Counted from the first letter of the stretch, positions 50,958 through 61,644 are shown. The stretch is 64,000 bases of DNA from a virus (IMGVR_UViG_3300005758_000578:48049-112048); one strand, 5' to 3'. Notes: a model not told the origin generated them from the letters alone. Numbers and translations are program-made.

Positions 50958-52577
50958 TTAGAAAGAACCGCCAGTGATGGGGTTACGCATAACAATTTTA
51001 AGAACTTTAGTGGGGTCCTTAACCCAGATAGCAGGCATAGTTTGGCTCATGTATACACGGTATCCATTGAACTGACCAGAGCTTTGGAAGCCTTGAGTAC
51101 GTCCCATGTAATCCATAGTACCATTTTGATAGAACCACTTCAATTGATTATCCCAAGACAATTTCAACATGAAGATATTATCATTTACGTTATCAGTGAT
51201 ATCAAAGATAATGTAGTTGTAAGAACTCAAGGGGAAACCATCAATCAAGGGGTTTTCAATATCGTTAGTGTGCAAGTTATCAAATGCAGGGTTAAGCACA
51301 AACTTAACGTTAGCCAAGAAAGGAATTACATAGCTGGTGTAAGCAAATCCAAAATTCAAGTCCATTCCTTTACCAGTGATAGCACCAATTTCTTGAGCAT
51401 TGATGATCATACCAGATTGGATAGCTTCTTTCTTGATAGCTTCATTAACCAACTTCATACCACCCAAACCAGTTTGTACAATCAACTGACGCTTAGGATC
51501 TGGACCTTGGAAGTCAACCTTACCCAAGTAGAAATTGTAAATTTCAGACTTGAACAAATCCAAGTTAAAGCTAGACTTGTTGTATACACGCTTAAAGCTG
51601 TTATCCAACTGCTTCCAAAGACCCACTGACAAGCGGATATCATCTGGACCATCTTGCTTAATCTTACCACCTTGTCCCCACATCAAGTAGGTTTCAATGT
51701 CATTAGCTACTTTAGTCAAGTGAGCTGCTTCCATAGTGGTCAAGAAAGTACGGGTCAAGTTACCATTGTCAAATGCACGCTTAACTGCATCTTTACCCAT
51801 AGTTTGTACCATAGACTCCAAGCTAGTGATAGAAGGATCCATAGTCTTGTCAAAGTTACGCCAGATCTCAGTTACAGGAACTGTACCATCAGCGTTCAAA
51901 CCACCCTTCAACATCAAATCTGCACGAGAAGAGATTGAATAGTGTACATGAGCTTCTGCACCACCTACGTAGTTGTAGAATTCACGGAAACCAGCACCAT
52001 AGTGTCCAATATCAGAGAAACGCTCACCGTATTCACCACGAGCAGAACCTTTACGGAAGAACTTAGTACCAGAAGCCAAGTATTTGTTCTCTAAAGATAC
52101 ACCGTTGCTGTTGTTAACCAATTGAACAGTGTAGATGAAACCATCACCGGTTGGGATAATGTCATCAGCAGTGATGTACATTTCCAATCCGTTGTATTTG
52201 TCATAAGTAACAATATCACCATGACCAAATACACGCTTGTTCAATTTGATTTGGAAGTTAGTACCATCAATACCTTTAGTGGTATTGGTAGAATCTACAT
52301 CAGTTACAATGTAAGGAAGATCTTGAGCAACAGGAACCTGCCACTTGTACTCTCCACGAGCATTGTCTACGTTGATAATGTTTTTGCCACCAAAGCTAGA
52401 GAACTGGTACAAAGGCATTTCAACCTTTTGAGCCATAGCCCAAATGTCTACAGGACCTAAATCCATTGGTTCACTGCTTTTCAGCATGTTTACGAGGTGG
52501 TATGAATCTACGTGAGAGCTAGCTTGGTAGCTGGTATCACGCAGAAATATACCATTGTTTAAAACTGGAGTTGCCAT
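50958..52577 (-). CDS. Major capsid protein (crAss-like, HK97 fold)
   Basis: 539 aa, strongly biased codons, EYKWQV, GLWKQL and TGLGG segments; position in the terL-portal-77-MCP-75 order. Confidence 0.85.
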   Translation of the reverse strand: MATPVLNNGIFLRDTSYQASSHVDSYHLVNMLKSSEPMDLGPVDIWAMAQKVEMPLYQFSSFGGKNIINVDNARGEYKWQVPVAQDLPYIVTDVDSTNTTKGIDGTNFQIKLNKRVFGHGDIVTYDKYNGLEMYITADDIIPTGDGFIYTVQLVNNSNGVSLENKYLASGTKFFRKGSARGEYGERFSDIGHYGAGFREFYNYVGGAEAHVHYSISSRADLMLKGGLNADGTVPVTEIWRNFDKTMDPSITSLESMVQTMGKDAVKRAFDNGNLTRTFLTTMEAAHLTKVANDIETYLMWGQGGKIKQDGPDDIRLSVGLWKQLDNSFKRVYNKSSFNLDLFKSEIYNFYLGKVDFQGPDPKRQLIVQTGLGGMKLVNEAIKKEAIQSGMIINAQEIGAITGKGMDLNFGFAYTSYVIPFLANVKFVLNPAFDNLHTNDIENPLIDGFPLSSYNYIIFDITDNVNDNIFMLKLSWDNQLKWFYQNGTMDYMGRTQGFQSSGQFNGYRVYMSQTMPAIWVKDPTKVLKIVMRNPITGGSF

Positions 52578-52606
52578 AATTATTTATTTGTTTGTGTTGT
52601 TTGTTG

Positions 52607-53836
52607 TTAAAAGCGTTTAAAAATATTTGTTTGTCTTGGAATCTTACGCTGTTTGGGTTCCTCTTTTTCTTCAGGTACAGTACTAGAGATCTTTCTAGAC
52701 TGCTCTGTTTTAAGTTGCCTTACAGTGTTTTCAACCACTTTGTTTTTTCCTTGTTCCATGATCTTTGACTTATATCCATCTGGATCAGCCAATAACCACA
52801 GAGCTTCTGCTACTAATGGGTAGTTAGGTTCTACAAACTGATGCTTCTCTAACAAATGTCCCAATAGGTTTGTATTTCTTCCTGAGATAGAAGGATAGTT
52901 AGGTTGTACAAGACCAGCATATAACATAGACTGGGTTTTCTTATCCAACTTAATACCGGCTAATTCAGCAGGTTTAAGAGCCTCATATACGTTATCCATA
53001 TACGCAGCTGCTGCTTGCTCTTGTTGTGCCTTCATTTGCTCTTGTTCAGCAATTTTTTGGGCTACAATAGACTCCTGCATCCGGTCCAACTTTGGTTTAA
53101 ACTTATTAGCTTGTTGTTCTAACTTACCTAAGTCTTTCCAAGTTATGATTTCCTCATCAATTTCTTCATCATTACCAAATCCAGTAGCACGCAAGTAAGA
53201 ACGTACAATCTGTTCTTGATCCATCTCATCTGTTGGATCTAAACCACGTACTTCCTCTACTTGTGCTAATGCTCCGAACAAACCTTTAAGGTCTGTACCT
53301 CCATTAGCTACATACTGGGCAGCATACTGAAGTTCTTCAGGAAGTGCTTCAAAGAACTCTTTAGGAGTTTGCTCTTTAACTGCACGCTCCTTTTCTTCAA
53401 AGTTTGCTTGCAAGAGCTCCTTCCAATCTTTAAGAGAGTATTCTTCCATTGGCTTATCATCTTCAAAGCCAATCAAGACACCCTCTTCAATTAGTTTAGA
53501 GAAGGTTTCCACCATACCACTCTTATCTACCTTAGGTCTACCTCCTTTGGGTGACTCCTCTTCTTGCTCTAATAAATCATTAACATCATCTGTTAATTCT
53601 TTAAGAACATCTTCAGCAGACTGGGTAGGTTTCTTGATGTTTCCATCTTCATCTTCCTCCTCTTCTTTATCTAAGAACGTTAAATCTGTTTTGGGGGTTG
53701 AAAAGAAACTAGGTTTCTTCTCTTCTTCTGCAGGTAGCACAATGCTATCTGCCCCAGGAGCTCCACCAAAGATATCATCAATGTTGATATCTACTTGTTG
53801 TACGGTGGTTTGCTCTGTTGGTTTGCTTTCACTCAT
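52607..53836 (-). CDS. Acidic scaffold-like protein (crAss gene-77-like)
   Basis: Very acidic N-terminus, helical C-terminus; lies between portal and MCP. Confidence 0.65.
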   Translation of the reverse strand: MSESKPTEQTTVQQVDINIDDIFGGAPGADSIVLPAEEEKKPSFFSTPKTDLTFLDKEEEEDEDGNIKKPTQSAEDVLKELTDDVNDLLEQEEESPKGGRPKVDKSGMVETFSKLIEEGVLIGFEDDKPMEEYSLKDWKELLQANFEEKERAVKEQTPKEFFEALPEELQYAAQYVANGGTDLKGLFGALAQVEEVRGLDPTDEMDQEQIVRSYLRATGFGNDEEIDEEIITWKDLGKLEQQANKFKPKLDRMQESIVAQKIAEQEQMKAQQEQAAAAYMDNVYEALKPAELAGIKLDKKTQSMLYAGLVQPNYPSISGRNTNLLGHLLEKHQFVEPNYPLVAEALWLLADPDGYKSKIMEQGKNKVVENTVRQLKTEQSRKISSTVPEEKEEPKQRKIPRQTNIFKRF

Positions 53837-53944
53837 ATAGTTGGTTGTTTTTAGTTTGTACTGTACATAAAGAATATAATATATTACTTTTTATAAACTT
53901 TAAAAATTTGTTCTTAAAGCTGTATTTCTTGTAATATAAAGCTA

Positions 53945-53986
53945 TTACTTCTTGCTGTTGTCTGGCTTATCGTACTTGTTTTTATT
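53945..53986 (-). pseudogene. Orphaned former 3' end of the portal gene
   Basis: Reads NKNKYDKPDNSKK*, aligning with the current portal end NKTQYEIKQENNKKK*. Confidence 0.6.
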
Positions 53987-53987
53987 A

Positions 53988-54704
53988 TTAGGCATACTTA
54001 AAATATAGTCCATGTGTGCTTTTAGACTTATTTTTACAGACTCTTGATATATGTGTATTTGCAATATTATAAAATTTTGCAGCTTCTGTAGCAGATTCAA
54101 AATATTTATCTACTGAACCATCTTCTTTTAAACTTACTACAGGTTTTTTAATTTTAGAAATCATTCTATTTAAACATTCTGGATTTTTACTAAAATTTTC
54201 TTTCATCTTTTTAGAATGTTTATTTCCAATTTCTATACGTTTTTCTACTGGTAAGTGTCCATAACCAAATTTAACACTTCCTTCTGCATGTTTTTCTTTC
54301 ATAATATTAGAATGTTCTATATTCTTTTTAGCCCATGCATCAGATGTTTTAAGTGTATTATTTCTTTTAATAATAGAAGATTTAGACATTTTATAACCAC
54401 ACGTCCCTTCACCACCCATAGTATGGTTTTTTAAATTACAACCTATGGCTTTAAATAAACGTATATAACCTCTTTCTGCTTCAATCCAACAATAGTCATC
54501 TACCTCATCTATAACTTCAATTATAGGAAGCATATTAGATTTAGCTAAATTTTTAATCCAACTATTTAATCTATTTAATCTTCCTACTTTTCTTTTCCAA
54601 TTATGTTTATGTTGAGCATAACGTTTTTGAATACTGGTTGCTGTTTTACCTACATACTTTATTTCTAAAGTAATAGGATCTTTTAAAACATATATAAATA
54701 CCAT
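53988..54704 (-). mobile_element. Free-standing GIY-YIG homing endonuclease with NUMOD1-like C-terminus
   Basis: FIYVL...YVGKT..R...H; E...I...LKN...GGEG; C-terminal FESATEAAK...ISRVC; more AT-rich than flanks. Confidence 0.85.
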
Positions 54705-57457
54705 TATTTCTTTTTGTTATTTTCTTGCTTAATCTCGTATTGAGTTTTGTTTGTACGTGCAATCTCTAACTGTTTATTTGCAATCTCTCTTTGAGAGGCT
54801 AGTCTTTCACGCTCAATTGCCATCTTATCCATATTTACAGCTTTCTGAGTAGCAGCAGATTCTTTCTTAAGATCCATTTGCTGCTGGAACTCTTCACTCT
54901 TACGGATATCTTTCATGGCATCTTGATAATCAGATTGTAGATTCTGGTTAATATCTACTGCTGATCCATAACCAGCTGCCCGGATTTCTGCAATAACAAT
55001 ATCATTCTGTCTATTCTTCTCATTCTCATCAGCTTCAAACTGCATCTTCATCATAGCCTCTTGAGACTTAGCTTGTAATGCTTGCTCTTGCATAGCTTGT
55101 TGCTGCTGCATTTCTTGTTGACGCTGTGCTTGTTGTTTCTCTTCAGAAGCTTTAAGGATGTGTGTAACCTCTGCAATAGACTCAGCCTTCATGATATTAC
55201 CTAAATCGTAAATAGAGGCCCCTGCGGTGTTGTTTGTGATAGCCAATTGCTTCAACTGCTCCAATGTAGCTCTGTGATTAGTTTTAGTTGTACAGAAGAT
55301 ATTAAAATCTCTAAGCAATAAATCTGTACCGTTCATCTCAAAGTTCACCTTCTCATCTGTAGAAGTTACATACTGCAATCTAATAGATGGTTTAGTTGAC
55401 TGATAGAACTGAGCTAAGTCTGTACGCATCTGATGCACACGAGGCATTAAGTAATCACAGTGATTAATAAAGTATGTCTCTGTTTGTGCATAAGAGTTTG
55501 ATACAGCAATTCTAACACCGGTAGCTGTAGCTTGTTCAACTTGTTCTCCAAGACGCTGTGGTGTAATACCTATCACCTCAAATGCTTGCTGCTTAAAGTA
55601 GTTAGCTAATTGAGTTCTAGACATCAAACGTTGTGTCTGTTCCAAGTTTAATACCTGATAATGTTGGAAATTAAGAGCATTCTCAGTGTTAGTAATGGAT
55701 GTATCCAATGGTAACATCTGGAAGTTCTTCATTGCAACATAGGCTTTTGCCAAGTTGTTCTTTCCCCAATCCTCTCCCAATGAGTGTCTAGGTAAAGCAT
55801 TCTGATCTAACATGATCACAGTACCTAACTCATCTACAAGGATATCAGCAATTTGGTTATTTACAATGTTATAACCAATCTGGTAAGGCTTCATTAAATC
55901 TACTAAAGATGTAGACTTAGTATTTCTATCTGAGAATACAGATCCTTCTACTGGTAACTTACAACCGTACAATGTAGTATCTCCTTTAAATTGGAAAGGT
56001 ACACGTCCGGGTTTAGGTTGATTAATACCTAAGTAAATAGGGTTGATACCACCAGAGTTGTTATTCATACCAAAGTATGCAGGATAATTAGGCCCAATCT
56101 TTACACCACCCCATACCTCATTAATCCAAATCCAGTCAATATGCTCACCAGCAATCAGGTTTTCTTTATTCTTATTCTTGAACAATGTAGTATCATAGAT
56201 GGGTTTCTGAGTAATCTTATATGACTCATCTACAACATCCTGGATAACTTGTCCATTCTCATCAATCTTAGTTAAGTGTCCTACTTTACGTTGTGACTTC
56301 CAGTAAATGTGAGCCACCCGTAACATATCTGTATTCTTGTAATCTACATAGTCCTCAGACTCAGACATGATGTAACTAACAATATCATTACCAGCGGTGC
56401 TATTTTGCTCCCATACAGACATAAACTGTCTATACTGTAATGAAGGCATATTAGTATTCCAGTCATGAGATTTAGTAGCATCATAGTAAGAACCATCATT
56501 CTGATAACCCTGTAAAGGATATCCAGCTGCTCTTGTAGGATAAATAGCCTCCATAGAACGTAACTGGTCATCAGTCATCAAGTAACCATACTTATCAATG
56601 ATATCCGCTACTGTATATAACTCAATCTTACCTACCCAGTTACCCTGAGAGATATATCTTACATCAGGAGACTTATGATAGAAAGTAACCAATGGGTTCC
56701 ATAACTCTATTTCATAGTCATCCTCATTCATCTTGAAGTGCCAGAACTCTCTATCTGTGATTAACATATCACGGAAAGCTCTCTCTTCAAGTTCATCCAT
56801 CTTAAATCTTTCCTCATCTACACGGGCTTGGTGTTCTGCCCACTCTTCTAACATTGAACGGTAGTCTTTCTTAAAGTACTGCTCAATCTCAGGTAATGAC
56901 TTAAGGTTTTCTGGGGCTAAAGCTTTCTGAATTTCAGGATCCTCTAAATCAGCACCCTGTTCAATCATACTAAGAACCATCTTACGTTCAGCATCAGCTA
57001 ATAGCTTTTGCTCAATCATAGCTCTTTTCTGCTCTAATAACTCGTTATATGAGATCTCATCTACTGCCCGGAATGTAACTCTTGTATTTCTTTTGGCAAA
57101 TTCTGCCACTAATACATTGATTACGTTGGGGATAATTGGGTAAAACTTTAACTCTAATGCTGACTGATCTTCTTTGGTAAGAACATCAATTAACTCAGCA
57201 TATTCTACATCCTCTTCTACAATATAATCTGTACGGTCAATAATACCTTTAGCAAGTTTATAGTTCTTAGAAAGCCTTCTGGCATTTCTACGTAACTGTT
57301 TCATACCCTGCCATTCTAGCCAATCAAGATTCCATGCACCCCAATCATCATCCTTCTCCTTTCTTGGTAAAAATTGTATAGGTTGAGTAAGAGTACTCAT
57401 CCTATTATACTCTGCTTTAGCTCCATTCTTGAGCTGCATAGCGTTATATAACTGCAT
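54704..57457 (-). CDS. Portal protein
   Basis: 917 aa between terL and the scaffold; FYPIIPNVIN.L..E, SLVDLMKPYQ..YN and GITPQRLG segments of crAss-like portals. Confidence 0.85.
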   Translation of the reverse strand: MQLYNAMQLKNGAKAEYNRMSTLTQPIQFLPRKEKDDDWGAWNLDWLEWQGMKQLRRNARRLSKNYKLAKGIIDRTDYIVEEDVEYAELIDVLTKEDQSALELKFYPIIPNVINVLVAEFAKRNTRVTFRAVDEISYNELLEQKRAMIEQKLLADAERKMVLSMIEQGADLEDPEIQKALAPENLKSLPEIEQYFKKDYRSMLEEWAEHQARVDEERFKMDELEERAFRDMLITDREFWHFKMNEDDYEIELWNPLVTFYHKSPDVRYISQGNWVGKIELYTVADIIDKYGYLMTDDQLRSMEAIYPTRAAGYPLQGYQNDGSYYDATKSHDWNTNMPSLQYRQFMSVWEQNSTAGNDIVSYIMSESEDYVDYKNTDMLRVAHIYWKSQRKVGHLTKIDENGQVIQDVVDESYKITQKPIYDTTLFKNKNKENLIAGEHIDWIWINEVWGGVKIGPNYPAYFGMNNNSGGINPIYLGINQPKPGRVPFQFKGDTTLYGCKLPVEGSVFSDRNTKSTSLVDLMKPYQIGYNIVNNQIADILVDELGTVIMLDQNALPRHSLGEDWGKNNLAKAYVAMKNFQMLPLDTSITNTENALNFQHYQVLNLEQTQRLMSRTQLANYFKQQAFEVIGITPQRLGEQVEQATATGVRIAVSNSYAQTETYFINHCDYLMPRVHQMRTDLAQFYQSTKPSIRLQYVTSTDEKVNFEMNGTDLLLRDFNIFCTTKTNHRATLEQLKQLAITNNTAGASIYDLGNIMKAESIAEVTHILKASEEKQQAQRQQEMQQQQAMQEQALQAKSQEAMMKMQFEADENEKNRQNDIVIAEIRAAGYGSAVDINQNLQSDYQDAMKDIRKSEEFQQQMDLKKESAATQKAVNMDKMAIERERLASQREIANKQLEIARTNKTQYEIKQENNKKK

Positions 57458-57602
57458 AATCTGTAATTGTTGTGTTAGGTTGTTCTACTAATTCCTTTAA
57501 ATCTATATCTGCTACTTCCTCATCTTCATCATAATAACTAACGTATACAATGTTAATTGTAACGTTTTGCATTAATGATGTACTCATCTTCCAGTTTATC
57601 AT
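57444..57602 (-). CDS. Small acidic protein (47-52 aa)
   Basis: Not in the track: (MINWK)MSTSLMQNVTINIVYVSYYDEDEEVADIDLKELVEQPNTTITDYAVI*; ATGA overlap with the terL stop and overlap with the portal start. Confidence 0.5.
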   Translation of the reverse strand: MINWKMSTSLMQNVTINIVYVSYYDEDEEVADIDLKELVEQPNTTITDYAVI

Positions 57603-59791
57603 CTTAAGTTTTTAAATGCCTGTTTTGGCCTTTGCATACCACTAGAAGACCCACTTTTTCCAATATGCCTAAAAGCCCCTACTTTTAATTTATATAAATC
57701 TTTTGATTTATCCAAACTTTCAGAGTTTACTTCTCTACGTTTTAAATATCCACGGTTTGATTGTTGGATTTTTGCAAAAGCTACAAGGGCTGTAAATGCT
57801 ACAAGTCTATCCACGTTTAATCCATCTCTATATGCCAGCATCTCTTTGATTAGCATAGGATCTGGTATCCTAGATACACCATATGTGGTCCTTACAACTG
57901 TACCATCTGTCTTATAATCATGATCTATCTCCTCTCTTAAGAACTCAATAGCATAAGATAATAAGTGTGCTTTAAATAATGTACCGGTGTTTCTCCAACC
58001 ATACTGCTGATATACACTAGCATTACTACCAATATCTTTCAAAAATAAGATCTGATCTTTAGTAACTAAGTATCTCTGCTTTCTTTGAGAGATCATGTAC
58101 TGGATAAATAGGGATACGTTATTCTCCACCAATGTCCAGGCGTTATACCACTCAATGATTAACTCTAGTCTTTCATGTGTTTTCTTGATGTCATCAAAAC
58201 GCCCACACCAGGCGGCTACAATTCTATCTTGTTCTATATGCGTTTTCTGCTCTCCACCCTCTTCTCTAGATACTTCCACAGGGGCTTTATACACAAAAAT
58301 AGAGCACAATGAATCAGAGGTGGTAGTTTTACCTTCAGAAACCGGGTCAATACTTGCATAATACATTCCAAATGTGGGATCTTTTTTAGGTCTTTCCCAC
58401 ACGACCAAGCATCCTGTTTTATCTTCTGTCTTCTTAGAAATAGGGAATTCAGATATAGGTAGTTTATTAGAGTCTTTAACAGCTAAGTTACTATGCTCAT
58501 CTCTATATAACTCTAATAACTCATAAGGATATTCTTTATCCTCAATCCTTCTTAACTGAGCAGCTAATAAATGTACAGCAAATACAGATTCCCGTCTAAA
58601 TGCAAAAGCCTCTTCAATATTTGTAGGCTTCTGAGAAATACGTAACTGGTACTTGTCTGGCTCAATTTCTTTCTTCCATTTAATTCTCTCCTCTTTGATA
58701 GCCTCTAAAGCTTTGTCTACCAATGAGTTACCATATTGATCTACATACGGCATCATTGACCATTGCTCAGGAATAAATAATCCTGCTGTACCAATTGTCC
58801 CTTTACCATCTAGTAGATTAGTTTCTACAGCAAAGATGTCATTAGCTTCTGGGTTTAAGATCAAGTTCTTTAAAGGTTCACATTGATCAAGATCACCGAC
58901 AGATCCTGCTGCAATAAACACCCCGGTAGTTACCATACCAGATTGTAATGCAGGACGCAAGTACTCATATGTTTCCCCCATCTTAGGAGCAATACCTGCT
59001 TCCTCATGGAAGAAGTACTGACAAGGACCACCCACACCTGCTGTTGCAGATTTCTCAAATGACATACCTTGTATAGTACCTTTTAATCCTACCTCAGTCT
59101 TCTTATTCCCTTTTCTTACTTCAATCTTTTGTTGCCAGAGCATTACTTTATCCGGGTTCATAGGTCTGTACCAGGCAGTATGCTCATTCAAGAAAGATGC
59201 ATACTCATCTAAGAACTTCCATGTACCCTTATCATTTATATAATCTTTTAGAGAGGCTCCCATCTTAAGGGTAACCCCCTCTTCAAACCATAATGAATTA
59301 ATTAGTTTACCGGCATGAAAGTATGAAGATGCAATCTGACGTTTCTTAAGGATAGCAACATGTTTATAGTATAGTTCAGCTAATAACTCGTACAGAGCCA
59401 TGTGGTACTGAGCATCCCGGACTTTAGCAAATCCAAACCTCTTCTCTTCTTTATCATAGATAGGTAGGAAGTTAAGCCACATATAATAATCCCTGGTTAA
59501 ATACCAGACATTCTTTTTATCCTTATACAATACCCCATTCCTACATTTCTTCTTCTGATCATCCCAGTAATAGATATAATCTTTAGATTTAAATGGGGCT
59601 ACTGTATAGAATCCTTGCTTATTAAAGTTAGTTGCCTCTTTATTAAACAGTAGAGCTGTTTCATTAAAGTTATATTGACCCGGCTCCTTAAATAATGTAA
59701 AGACATACTCCCGCCATTCCTCTCTAGAAGAGAAGGTAGTAGTAGTCCATTCACCATTATCCCAGGTTGGGATCTCTACAACATCATTCAT
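57599..59791 (-). CDS. terL: Terminase large subunit
   Basis: Walker A-like LKKRQIASSY, Walker B FFHEEAG, RNase H-like ASIDPV, VENN and NVDR. Confidence 0.92.
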   Translation of the reverse strand: MNDVVEIPTWDNGEWTTTTFSSREEWREYVFTLFKEPGQYNFNETALLFNKEATNFNKQGFYTVAPFKSKDYIYYWDDQKKKCRNGVLYKDKKNVWYLTRDYYMWLNFLPIYDKEEKRFGFAKVRDAQYHMALYELLAELYYKHVAILKKRQIASSYFHAGKLINSLWFEEGVTLKMGASLKDYINDKGTWKFLDEYASFLNEHTAWYRPMNPDKVMLWQQKIEVRKGNKKTEVGLKGTIQGMSFEKSATAGVGGPCQYFFHEEAGIAPKMGETYEYLRPALQSGMVTTGVFIAAGSVGDLDQCEPLKNLILNPEANDIFAVETNLLDGKGTIGTAGLFIPEQWSMMPYVDQYGNSLVDKALEAIKEERIKWKKEIEPDKYQLRISQKPTNIEEAFAFRRESVFAVHLLAAQLRRIEDKEYPYELLELYRDEHSNLAVKDSNKLPISEFPISKKTEDKTGCLVVWERPKKDPTFGMYYASIDPVSEGKTTTSDSLCSIFVYKAPVEVSREEGGEQKTHIEQDRIVAAWCGRFDDIKKTHERLELIIEWYNAWTLVENNVSLFIQYMISQRKQRYLVTKDQILFLKDIGSNASVYQQYGWRNTGTLFKAHLLSYAIEFLREEIDHDYKTDGTVVRTTYGVSRIPDPMLIKEMLAYRDGLNVDRLVAFTALVAFAKIQQSNRGYLKRREVNSESLDKSKDLYKLKVGAFRHIGKSGSSSGMQRPKQAFKNLR

Positions 59792-60005
59792 CCACTAAAC
59801 TATCAAATTGCTCAGGCTTTCCATCAGTCTTAATAATCATATATAATAACGTATCAATAGTCTTAGATGAGATCTTAGACTTGCACTCTAATCCATTACC
59901 AAAATATGCCTCTTTATCATCACGATGAAAAGCGTTCCATTGCTTTGTATATGTGTTGTAATTAAACAACCAGTTATACAAACTATTATTTATCTCATTG
60001 GTCAT
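59784..60005 (-). CDS. Hypothetical protein
   Basis: 73-aa ORF coupled to both neighbours. Confidence 0.55.
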   Translation of the reverse strand: MTNEINNSLYNWLFNYNTYTKQWNAFHRDDKEAYFGNGLECKSKISSKTIDTLLYMIIKTDGKPEQFDSLVDE

Positions 60006-60510
60006 AAGCTAATCCTATATTTCCTCTTACTTGACTTTGCTGTTCTTCAGCTAAATCTTTATATGCTCCTTTAAATGACTGCCTGATCTGTTCAAACTTA
60101 GCAGCAGCATTCACTAAAGCCGTAATGTTACCATCTCTACCATGCTGAATCTCTGTAGTCTCCATATAATGGGCCAATCTATCCAACATAGACTTAATAC
60201 CTACATACGTTCTATACGTAGGAGTCTCATATAACTTCTTACATGTATTCATACCCCGGATAATTAAATCATCCTCCGTAGAAATATCCATATCAATCTC
60301 AGATATAATAATCTCTTCCTTCTCATGTTCAGGAACATTAAAGAAAGGGTTAAGATCTGGGTTAGGACAAGTCATATAAAACAAGTAGGTATATACTTTC
60401 AGGTAATCCTCTGGATATTCTTCCATGATATCCTTTAATGAAGAGATAGTATAGCAGTGCTCAGTTGGCACCACCTTATTATTAACTATATCAAATAGTT
60501 TAATGAGCAT
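59995..60510 (-). CDS. Conserved protein upstream of terL (candidate small terminase)
   Basis: Helical 171-aa protein ending in VRG; synteny only. Confidence 0.4.
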   Translation of the reverse strand: MLIKLFDIVNNKVVPTEHCYTISSLKDIMEEYPEDYLKVYTYLFYMTCPNPDLNPFFNVPEHEKEEIIISEIDMDISTEDDLIIRGMNTCKKLYETPTYRTYVGIKSMLDRLAHYMETTEIQHGRDGNITALVNAAAKFEQIRQSFKGAYKDLAEEQQSQVRGNIGLAYDQ

Positions 60511-61312
60511 CTTGTTTATGTTTAATTAAGTTAATAACCTCAGCCTTAAGGTAGGGTAAGTCATAAGGTACAATCTTTTTAACCATTGGTTCTCCTTGAT
60601 CATCTAACTTAGTGATAGGATTACCAAATTTATCTGTACCCTCTGTATAGAACAAAACATGGTGAATTGTTAGTTTTCCAGGTTTAAGTTTTGGGTTATG
60701 CTTCAATATAATATACATATATGTAGACAACTGTAGTGCATAATGCCAAAAATTACAGTCATCTAAGTGACTAACCGGTGCTGACATCTTCTGACTAACT
60801 CCCTCCCAATTTACATAAGATTCCTTCTTAATTTCTTTATTAGTTTTATAGTCAGTAATGTTCACATATCCTTTTGCCACCTCTACAAGATCCGATTGCC
60901 CACAAATACCAGCAGACTTTAGGTATACAAAATGCTCAGGATACATACCCTCTGTAAGCTTCTGTACAGGTGCATGCTTAATATCATCAGTCACTAATGG
61001 CCTAATAATAGGTAGGATGCAACCATGTCTTTCAATAGTATTCAATTCAAGTAGATCAGCCTCACGTTGATTGTGATACCAGTTACCCTGATCAATAGCT
61101 CTATTAGATTCATTCTCCCAAGCCTGTAAGATATCTTGTACAGACATGCCATACCACTTAGACTTCTTAGACTTAGAAGACTTCTCAGCTACAGACTGAG
61201 CATCAAATGGCTTCTTATACTTAGATATAAACGAGGTCACTGAAGTCCACTCAATGCCATCAGCATCTATAGACTCATACTTATGGTTCTGAGATTTAAA
61301 TATTACACTCAT
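60500..61312 (-). CDS. PD-(D/E)xK exonuclease (Cas4/RecB-like)
   Basis: SVT...G.WYH...E...GQSDLV...ITDYKT...YALQLSTY. Confidence 0.8.
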   Translation of the reverse strand: MSVIFKSQNHKYESIDADGIEWTSVTSFISKYKKPFDAQSVAEKSSKSKKSKWYGMSVQDILQAWENESNRAIDQGNWYHNQREADLLELNTIERHGCILPIIRPLVTDDIKHAPVQKLTEGMYPEHFVYLKSAGICGQSDLVEVAKGYVNITDYKTNKEIKKESYVNWEGVSQKMSAPVSHLDDCNFWHYALQLSTYMYIILKHNPKLKPGKLTIHHVLFYTEGTDKFGNPITKLDDQGEPMVKKIVPYDLPYLKAEVINLIKHKQDAH

Positions 61313-61644
61313 AGCTTAGATAATAAATCATCCTCTTCTTCCTGGGTAAGTAATGCAGGCCATTTCTTACTTGGACACTCAGAAGACAAACTCCGGGTCT
61401 TAAACTTCAACGAGCACCCACATGCAGAGCAGCAAGGCTGTGTACCTGGTGCTAAACAACTAGCCCCGGTAACATCAAAGTTAGGACAAGCTTGACATAT
61501 AGTATAACGCTCAAGAGCAATCTGCTCAATAGTATCTGTGGTAAATACATAATTCTTAATACCCTCAAGTATCAAAGCCTTATTATTCCACAGAGTTGTC
61601 AGTTTGTTGTTTTTTATTTTTTCTATGATCTTTCTTTTTCTCAT
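61309..61644 (-). CDS. Zinc-binding protein
   Basis: R..IC..C...C..CGC.L..KTR....CP..KW. Confidence 0.65.
   Translation of the reverse strand: MRKRKIIEKIKNNKLTTLWNNKALILEGIKNYVFTTDTIEQIALERYTICQACPNFDVTGASCLAPGTQPCCSACGCSLKFKTRSLSSECPSKKWPALLTQEEEDDLLSKL

Noticed and set aside
50922-52460. Plus-strand ORFs up to 235 aa opposite the MCP, and similar ORFs at 1031-7405, 35025-35744 and 41298-42396
   Set aside because: Antisense shadows of strongly biased minus-strand genes; no motifs or expression signals.
53945-54770. Group I intron in the portal gene
   Set aside because: The endonuclease ORF fills the whole interval, leaving no room for a ribozyme core, and the portal already has a complete in-frame end.
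57599-59791. Intein in terL
   Set aside because: Length and motif spacing are normal; no intein junction motifs seen.
60500-61312. cas4 of a CRISPR system
   Set aside because: Solo PD-(D/E)xK nuclease without the Fe-S Cys set; no other cas genes or array.
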